Assembly: GCF_009914755.1 (NCBI RefSeq)
Contig: NC_060942.1
Length of the DNA: 64,000 nt
From: the human T2T-CHM13v2.0 reference genome, Homo sapiens
Direction: 5' to 3' (one strand)
The notes under the pieces are model-generated. The model was not told the origin of the DNA and did no database searches. It saw only the letters and a list, made by a program, of their open reading frames with translations. Numbering within the stretch: position 1 is the stretch's first letter; every line of letters starts with the position of its first letter. The position numbers and the translations under genes are program-made. Positions 54,983-64,000 of this stretch are shown in pieces.

Positions 54983-55679
54983 CATTAAAACTTAAGGTAT
55001 ATGTGACTGAAGATCTGGCCAAGCTATTGGTTAGTGGCATGCTGGAAGGCAGTGAAATAAAAACCACATCTAGTCGGCAGCTTTTTACAGGTGTGTCTTT
55101 CCTTAATTAACCTGGCATGTAAAATTTCTGTATAACAAAATATTAGGAGATAGTTATTCACTTCAGAGAGAATTGACAAATTCACTTTTATATGGTGAAT
55201 TCCTTCATTCATTTTAAAATAGGATTATTTTGACCACATGTTGCTTTCTCTTCAGAGTGAATATGCAAACCTTGAGTTATTAAATATTAGAAAAGAGTCA
55301 TGAATTTGATTTTAGAGCTAAGTTTAATTGGTAGACAAACACTGTGCCTAGATCTCCTCATATTTTTAGTTTAGTTTAGTTTTGTTTTAAACATTGTATG
55401 ATCAGCTCTGTCAAGAATAGTATGGCAATTAATTAACTATTATCATGTTTAGTTCACGTCGTCAGTGTTAAGCAAATCCAGGCAAGTATGTCAAGCAAAA
55501 CAACAACAAAAACAAACAAGTTAACAAACCTAATAGGAATAACAGAAAACAAACAAAACCAACCAAAAACCCAATGACAACAAAAATTACTATCCCGACT
55601 ATGAAAAGGTCAATGGCTGTTTAATATAACTGGTTGCTATTTTAATTTTATTTCCCAGTTCGGCAAAGCTTTATTCTCT

Positions 55680-55950
55680 TCAGCACTATGCTGGGCATCG
55701 TAGGAGGTACTGAAAACTTGTGAGGAAAAGTTCCTATTTTCAATGATTTTGGCAAACTATTCGGAAATAAGACTTGCATAAAGGAAATAGAGATAAAACA
55801 CAGTTATGTGTTAAAATAAATATCCCCAGAAATAGGCCCTGAGAAAGTGGAAGACACTGTAGACTTGATAGTCAGAAAAATCTTTATTTAGAAGGAGTAA
55901 CTTGGGCTCCATGTTGAAAGATCAGATGAGACTTGGCTAGCCAGACAGCG
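55680..55950 (-). mobile_element. L2 fragment
   Basis: gcactatgctgggcatcgtagg...gtcagaaaaatcttt...gaaggagtaacttgggct. Confidence 0.5.
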
Positions 55951-56327
55951 AGACTAAGATCATGGTATTTCTGAAGAAATATTTTTTCATAATAGGATGC
56001 ATCAGTGATATAAACACGGTTGCTTGCAAGTATAGGACAGTGAATACTGGATGAGAAGATGATTCATGCTCAGGTGAAAATAACATTTTGCTTAAAATAT
56101 TGAAATTCTTATGAAGTATGAGAATATTTTCTCATAGTTCAAATGAAGGTGACAGCCTTTCCCCATCCAAGAGGAAGATGACAAATTCATGCTGAACACA
56201 ACAAAGTCTGACAAACTCTTTTCTAAGGCTGTAACACATTTTAGGCAGAGAAAAAATATTTTAAAAATAATAACTTGATGAAACTCATAGATATTATAAT
56301 AGTACTATGCAAGCCAGAAAAGTTTTC

Positions 56328-56642
<315 letters not shown>

Positions 56643-57889
56643 AAAAGTATCTTTCTTAATAAAGATTTTGGGGTACAGTGTTTCTTCTCCTTCTCACCAA
56701 ATTAATCTACAATGATTAAAATTTGAGTTGTGGTCATAGATGAAATAACAGATACAACCACCCAACATCTACCTGTTTAATAAACATAGTTCTGGAAAAA
56801 AACCCTCTTCAGTTGTTGTTTTTCACAAAGATAGCATCTAATATTGCCTGCTTCCACACTCAATCACTGGCACATGTTTGTTTCATCAAAAATCTCATTC
56901 ATGACAGGCACCCAAAGACAGAGCATTGTGCAAAATGTTGTCTTGATGCCAAAACTGTCAGAACTGTCCTGGATTCTATTATCTCTACTAAAACTAGGAT
57001 ACATTTTAGCATTTTATTTGTGATTCCAAGATTCTCTAACTCACCAGAGCACTTCCTGCTTTGAGCATCTCTGCCTGCCCTGTTGTTCATAGCAATAGAA
57101 CTGTATGAAAACCTCCTCGCCAAATTAGTAGTTACCCATTAACCAATAAGTTAGTTGATAGAAGAGTTGACTACATAAGAAGTTAAAAAAGTGGGAACCC
57201 CTACTACCTGATTAAATGAGCAAGAAAAAGTTTTTGACATTTCCTTTTTTGTCATACTGTTACTTGATAACTGACCCCAAACTATCGTCTGCTCTGCTGT
57301 TACAAACATGAGGACCAAAGGACAAGTCATTACACACAAACACACACAAGCCCACCTTTCTCCTTCTGCTCTAACAAGGAAGTCTACATTAACGGTATCA
57401 CTTCCCTTTTAGTTTAGTGTATTTACTTCTGTGAAAATAATAATACCATTATAAGGTTAGGAAATCGTCCTTAAAATGTAATCAGTCACTGGCAGCTCAG
57501 TGTGAGTGAGTTTATTACCATTCAACAGAAACAATTACCTTGGTTGAAAATGCACAAATACCTGGAGATACTTGGAAATCTGCAGAGTGAAAGCAAATAC
57601 CCAAAAGTCGACGAAGGGCCTGATGGTGAGTTAAATGCAAAGATGTGTTTTGTTTTGGAGTAGGGAGAACTAGATTTTTATTCTGACTTTAAATGGCAAA
57701 GCCCAGTGAGTTAGACTCACTAATTTTGTTGAGTGTCAATTTATTTATGTGCCATATAAAATAATTGAACTAAATACCTCTAATTTATATTCTAAAGTTA
57801 TATTTATATGATTATAATCACAAATTCACCAGTGATCTGTCCTTCTGTAGTGGACGATTGCTAATTGATAAAACACAATAGATTAATGA

Positions 57890-58204
<315 letters not shown>

Positions 58205-58294
58205 ATCAAATAGTTTTTTAAAATCCTATAGAATTAGTGAAATAAAATAGCCCTGAATTATTAATCTTGATCTTTCCTATTTTCACTAGAGCCC

Positions 58295-58863
58295 TGTTTT
58301 AGGTAGAATTCTCAAATGATTCCCAAATTCCTGCTCCTTTATGTGCACACCTTGTAGAATTCCTTCTTCTTGAGTATAGGAAGGACATGTGAATATGATG
58401 AGATCCCTGTTCCCTTGATTAGATTATGTTATAGGAGACTGTATTGGCCTGTTTCACAGGGAGAAGTCAATGAGACACAGTCCTATTGGGCTGAAAGAAA
58501 GCAAGCATCCATGTTGTGAGATGCCTATGGGGTTCATGTGACAAGGAACTGTGGATGACCTCTAGCAGCTGAGAGCAGTCCCTGGCTATTTGATAGCTAA
58601 CAAAGAAACGGGGACCTCAGTCATACAACTGCAAGGAAATGAATTCTGCCAACAACCAGTGAGTTGGGAAGAGACCCTAGAGCCTCCGATGAAATTCACA
58701 GCCCTAGCTGACACCTTTATTATCATTTGGTGAAACCCCAGGAGAAGATCCAGCTAACCCAGACTAAGACTTCTGACCCACACAAACTGTGAAATAAGAA
58801 ATCTGGTTATTTTAGGCTGCTAAGTTTGTAGTAATTTTTCATACAGCAAAGAAAGCTAATACC
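58295..58863 (+). mobile_element. MLT1E/F-like (ERVL-MaLR) solo LTR
   Basis: ggtagaattct...gtgaatatgatgaga...gggacctcagtcatacaactgcaaggaaatgaattctgccaacaacc...ttctgacccacacaaactgtga...gctaatac. Confidence 0.9.
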
Positions 58864-59189
58864 ACCCCCTTCTAGCACCACTCATTTTGGAAGACTTTGT
58901 TCATATAAGCAAATGCAAATATCTGAATTGAGTGGACATTTGAAAAATATTCGCCCACAAATTTGACAAAGAATTAAAGGGACTCTGTAGGCAAAGCTGA
59001 CCATGTGAAGGTAGGTTTTCCTTGGGTGATTATGGTCTCATTTAAGACTTGGGCATTCAGACCAATACTCACCTCTATGTCTGTCTAGTCCCTTGTGTGT
59101 GGCTGCTTTGGTAATAGTATAAGTACATGTTGTATGTTTGTATTTATTTGGTAACGAATCACATCAGATATTTTAGGGGTAGGTGTTGA

Positions 59190-59400
59190 ATCTCTTATAT
59201 TGGGTATAACTATGCAAGCCTGTCATTGGGGAAATTTTCTCCTGACCTCAGCTGGTGATCAGCTTATGCCCCAAAGCATGAGAATTGATAGGCCTTATAA
59301 TTTTACCCAACCTAATGTAACAGCAGCTGCTGTCCTTGGTGCTTGCTATCTGATTAAATTCCCAAATTAGGAATTGCCTTTTGTAACCTGAATTCTGTCA
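59190..59400. mobile_element. Possible ancient CR1/L3-type LINE relic
   Basis: ttctcctgacctc...gtgatcagcttatgccccaaagcatgag resembles remembered amniote CR1-type sequence. Confidence 0.35.
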
Positions 59401-62329
59401 TGGTGGCAAAATCTGACAATAACTGCTCTCATTTTTACCTCGCCCACCATAGAGTGTTTCTTCAATAACACATCAACCATCTCAGACCATCACATATTAC
59501 TCTTGCACTTTATTAGAATTTGGAAATTTTGTAATCCTACTCAAAATGAGATTGCATGCTTTCTAATGTAAGAAAGGAGACAGAGAGGCCAATTCAGCTC
59601 TAAAACTGCAATTGTTTGCCTTCCTCCAGGGACACATCTCACAGATTGCCATGAAAATAAATTGGAAAGTTTACAATTCCAAATCATTGCCTACCATGTA
59701 TTACTTCACAGACAAAAACAAACACTACCACCACCATCACCACCACCAAGAATACAAGAAAATATATCCATGAACTTTCATCTCTTCAAGAGGAAAAATG
59801 CATTACAATTAGATTAGACTATAACCATTCAGCAAGTGTGTTGGTTTTCTGCTTCTCTTAAAATGATTTATTATTTATTACTATATTTTTCAAGATTATC
59901 TTCTTTTTCCCTTTAGGAAAGGAGCAGTTTGCCTCTCTCTGTGATTACCAAACCAGAGTGAAAGCCTTCAACTACGGACCACTGCAATTTCCACCATAAC
60001 AGGCAACCCAGCAATTAGAACTGTTTGTTACAGTGACAGCAGAGAGAACCATTTTCAAGCAACAAGGCACAGGAGCAGGAGCTGGAGGAAGAGAGAGCCT
60101 GTTCATTTGAAGGGGACTAACGCCACACAGCAGCTAATCCTGGAATGGCAGGCAGTTTTGGGAACTGCCTATCCTGCAAAGGCTGAGATATTCACAGACA
60201 TTCTTGAACTTTTGGAAATGGTCTAATTCTGCTTTTTTCTGACCAGGAATACAATTGGGTCATAAAATTTGGCGTTTGGGAAGAGACAAAGGTTTATCTT
60301 TAGTCCAGTGCATAATTTAATTTCTTACTTCAATATTAAAAATGAAAACATAAAGGTAGGCACTTTCTTTTCAAATTCTGGATTTTAGTGAGTATTTCGG
60401 TGCTCAGAAAACATCTCACAATTGAAACTTTGCAAACAGAGTCATATTTGTTTACAACAAAAGTACTTGAAATAAAACTACAGCATGTTATTCTGTTGCC
60501 ACTTTGTCATTTATTCTCATTTTCATATGTTTTAAATTATGTTACAAATTTATTGATAGCTTGGGAGAAAATGCCAATTTTGATATCTTTTTTCTTTCTT
60601 TTTCTTGTTATTATTTTTCTTTTCTTCCCCTGCTCCTTTCTTTCTTTTTAATACACTCTTCTTTTGTTACCATTGCATTTAGTCCTTGATATAAGCAATG
60701 ACAAACTACCTATCTCCAGTACATGTCAGGTTATCTTTGGATTTTATTTCTCCCTGTCTCAAATGAAGCAATAATACTACTCACTTACCACAAAGAAACC
60801 ATCTGAGAATTAATAAAATATTGTGGACTGTTTGATCTTCTCCGAGCGAGGTACTTTTTCCTCCTTTGTTCAAGAGCTATTATTACTGAGAGATTGAATG
60901 AATAAATAGCCACATGCAGATAATTTTTAGACAGTGAATAAGCATCTTCCTAGATATTTTTGTGGCAGATATTTGAATATATAACCTTCTCTATTCTTTA
61001 ATGAAAAGTCAGGCTATGAAGCAAAAGTCTATGAATATGCATCTTTTCTAAGAGAAAGCATACACCAGACTGGATGGTTTACACGGAAGGTTGAAGGAAT
61101 GTTTTAGTCACTGTTTTCCAATCTGCTTTTTCAGAAGCAGGTATTGCTAATGTAGAAAAAAATGTTGGTAGTCTTTCTCTTTTGTTTGGTTTAAAAAGGA
61201 TGAGGCTTTGTTTTCTTCCTGTTATTCATTTTGCAACTGCACAACTACTGCTCCGGCACCGCAGCAGCTTTTGCCAGAGTCAGAGGTGAGGTCATGCTTG
61301 ACTGAAGAAATCTAAGATCAATTTGTTGTCTCATATTTCAACATTAAGTGCAGCTTGAAATATAATTGTTAGTCCATGCACTCTGTGCTTTAAGGAAGTG
61401 TTCCAGCATCTCAGAACAGGGAGTGTGGTTATCAGTGATAAACCACAACGTGTACCCTAAACCACGGCTAACCAGAATTTTCAGGCTGAGAGAGACAGAA
61501 AGAGGGGCAGAAGGGAGACTGGAGAGGGAAAAGACAAAAAAAGACAGAGCTTTGGGGAGTCAAAAGAAGTGAATGGCTTGAAAAGCAATTGGAACAATTT
61601 GGAAATTTGCAAATAAAATTGCAATTAAAATATTTCATTTATAAATTATTTTGTTTTATTCTTGTCCCTACTTAAAAGGCCCCTCCTCTCCTGGTACAGC
61701 TTCACAGATCTTGCGTGGAGGGGAGACCTATGATACCACTCAGGGCAAGGGATTTCTGGTTTCCCCTTTTAGGAATATTTGCATGCTGACAAACAGCTGC
61801 TGGGGAGGACAGACTGTGTTTTTTCGGGGGGCTAGGGAGGGAGCAGGTAGATTGATGGTCCTGAACTGGGTAGCTAAAGATTTTTCAGATGCCCTTTGAA
61901 GCAAGGCTTTTAAATATCCCCGCATTGAATTTAGTAAAAAAGAAAAAGGTGTAATCATCAAATCCTGGTTTGTGGCTCCACAATGAGAGTTAACACTGAG
62001 TCACGAGCTTATGGTACTGATTTCAGGTCAGATACATCATGTGTGAGTCTTCTATAAAGGGGTGGTTCCTTAGATGAAATAAAAATGCATCCACTTAATT
62101 GAATATAGAACTGTCTAGGACTTACTTGATGATGCAATCTTCCAGGAGTCCTGAAAAAGCCATCCTGGAGGTGTCCTTTCCATCATTCTGGGTAGAGAGA
62201 CAAGGACGTGTGTCCTGTCTGGCCAAGAGAGTAAGACACAATGTTTTGACTTATTTGTTAATGAAAGTATTTCCTTAGCCAAGATGCAGCTTGGGATCCT
62301 GGAGAGGGCAGGATTCCATCACCAGACAG

Positions 62330-62690
62330 GTGAAAATGTGTGTTCCCATCCCATCATTTACTACCTGTGTGACCATAGAAAATTTACTCAGGCTCCAAGA
62401 CCAGTTTTCTCATTAGTACAAAGGACACAATTGTATTTGCACTGAACGACTTGAAAGATGATGAACATAACAGTTACCCTTTCATAGGTACCTATTTGTG
62501 TCAAACTTAGCAAAGAGCTTATATATATATCATTGTGTTTAATCTTCACAATCTGGAATAATGAGTATTATCCCCATTTTGAGAGTGAGAACTGAAAAGT
62601 GCTAGAGTAATGTTCTCAAGGGCACACAGCTATTAAGTGAGAGAAAGATATTCAAACTCAGGTTTGCTTGCCTCTAAAGCCTTTGTTCTC
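62330..62690. mobile_element. Two MIRs in opposite (tail-to-tail) orientation
   Basis: Sense catttactacctgtgtgacc...cagttttctcatt, then antisense tttaatcttcacaa...tattatccccatttt...caagggcacacagctattaagt...attcaaactcagg. Confidence 0.75.
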
Positions 62691-62879
62691 CTGTCTATTG
62701 AAACAAATCTCAGTCTTTCTGTAACATTTACTTTGCTGACTCTGCACATCTTTGGTGACATCCTGTTCTGTGTCTTTGGGCCAGCGGAGCCAGGCAAGAG
62801 AGACTGCTCAAACGCGTATCTGCACCAGTCCTGTGTCCTGGATTCTAGAACAACATTGACATTTTTTTTTTCATTTTTA

Positions 62880-63010
62880 AATCCCTTAAATTATTTGAAG
62901 ATGATATCCATGGTCCCTCAAGACTTCTGTTTTCCAAATTAAATGCCTGCAATCCCTCAAGCATTTTTCTGAGGATCTGGCTTCCAGAATGCTCCAAATC
63001 CTAGTTATTT
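62880..63010 (-). mobile_element. L3/CR1 fragment
   Basis: tatttgaagatgatatccatg...cttctgttttccaaattaaa...tccctcaa...tggcttccaga resembles antisense L3. Confidence 0.55.
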
Positions 63011-63311
63011 TTGAGTTAATTATTTTCTTCCCTTATCCACATGAAATATAACAATTTTACTATGAAGAAGAAAAAGTACAATCCAGCCTCTTGGAAGAAT
63101 ACTTAATCAATTCTGTTTTCATAAAAATCCATTTTTGGTTTATTTTATTCTTTCATTTTTCTCTTCAAGATTTCTCCAGCAATGATAGGGAATTATAGAT
63201 GCTTTTCTAGTCAAACTACCTTTGTTATCTCCATGTGGGATTTATCATGACAGCTTGGACTATGGAGTGTGGGCTGCACCTTGGCCAAGAGGTCTCTAGT
63301 TCTGGGTAGTA

Positions 63312-63391
63312 TCAGGTTGGTGCAAATGTAATGGCGGTTTTTGCCATTAAAAGTAATTGCAAAAACCACAGTTACATTTGCACCAACCTAA
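63312..63391. mobile_element. MADE1 (Hsmar1-derived MITE), full length 80 bp
   Basis: Two 37-bp TIRs around a 6-bp spacer (aaaagt), with a TA duplication at 63310-63311 and 63392-63393. Confidence 0.96.
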
Positions 63392-64000
63392 TATTAACCC
63401 AGTGGCCTGGTCCAGCCACTTAGGTCTTCACTGAGGCACATAGAGGTGGGTGTTGGTCTCTATATCAACCCCAAAGGGAACTTCAGTATTAGTCTGGACT
63501 TCAGAAACCTAAATTTCAGAGAAGATACTGTATAAACAAGAAGAGCATTGAAAACAACATGGACTTTTTCCTTTTAATTTTCAAATCCAAGTATGTCATT
63601 TATGTCCTGTGACTGTCACCAGAACATAACCTGTGAAAAAAGTAAGGAAAGTATTACTGTTACTTTATTGATGAGGATATTGAGGTTCGGAACATTTAAA
63701 GCATTGCCCAAAAATTCAGCCTTGTTTTGATGATGGTAGGTGCTCAGTGGAAGTTTATGAGAGCCTACACCAGTCAATGGGCTGAGTGATACTGACTAAG
63801 AGAAAGAGAGATGGCCTTGCCAAGCAACCAGGAACCAAATGAGAATTCTGGAAAGACCTTTGTTTAAATGCACAGCCACTGCCTATTTCTAACACAGGAT
63901 AGTCTCAGCAGTGGCCTGAATTTTTGATTGTGAAGTAGGGAAGAGGAGCATTACAACATGATGGAAGAAAAATGGGAGTCACGGAGGTGGAACTGTGTTT

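Noticed and set aside
56113-56140. Quasi-palindrome gaagtatgagaa-tatt-ttctcatagttc
   Set aside because: It is AT-rich and imperfect, and plausible by chance in 64 kb.

Overview
This is AT-rich, CpG-poor primate genomic DNA. It is most likely human, because it contains an Alu carrying the AluYg6 diagnostic bases. It reads as deep intron or intergenic sequence: I found no supportable intact protein-coding exon, RNA gene, CpG island or CRISPR array. The supplied ORFs are chance ORFs or Alu/L1 translations. The window holds 14 Alus (J, S and Y ages, most with readable target-site duplications), one L1PA 3' end, four older L1M pieces, about 8 LTRs or LTR fragments, two MADE1 MITEs, MER58A, MER3, many MIR/L2/L3 relics and several microsatellites. 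Repeat-free stretches with enhancer-like motif clusters lie between them. The most notable observations are: (1) each MADE1 hairpin has a non-consensus substitution mirrored in both arms; (2) two old, diverged L1M pieces 3.4 kb apart share a perfect 24-bp inverted core; (3) a candidate minus-strand recursive-splice motif (YAG|GTGAGT); (4) a decayed pogo/Tc2-type DDE transposase signature at the window start; (5) a young AluYg6 insertion. I cannot support a claim of a new multi-gene system here. Subfamily names come from remembered consensus sequences, not from a database search, and boundaries of old repeats are approximate.
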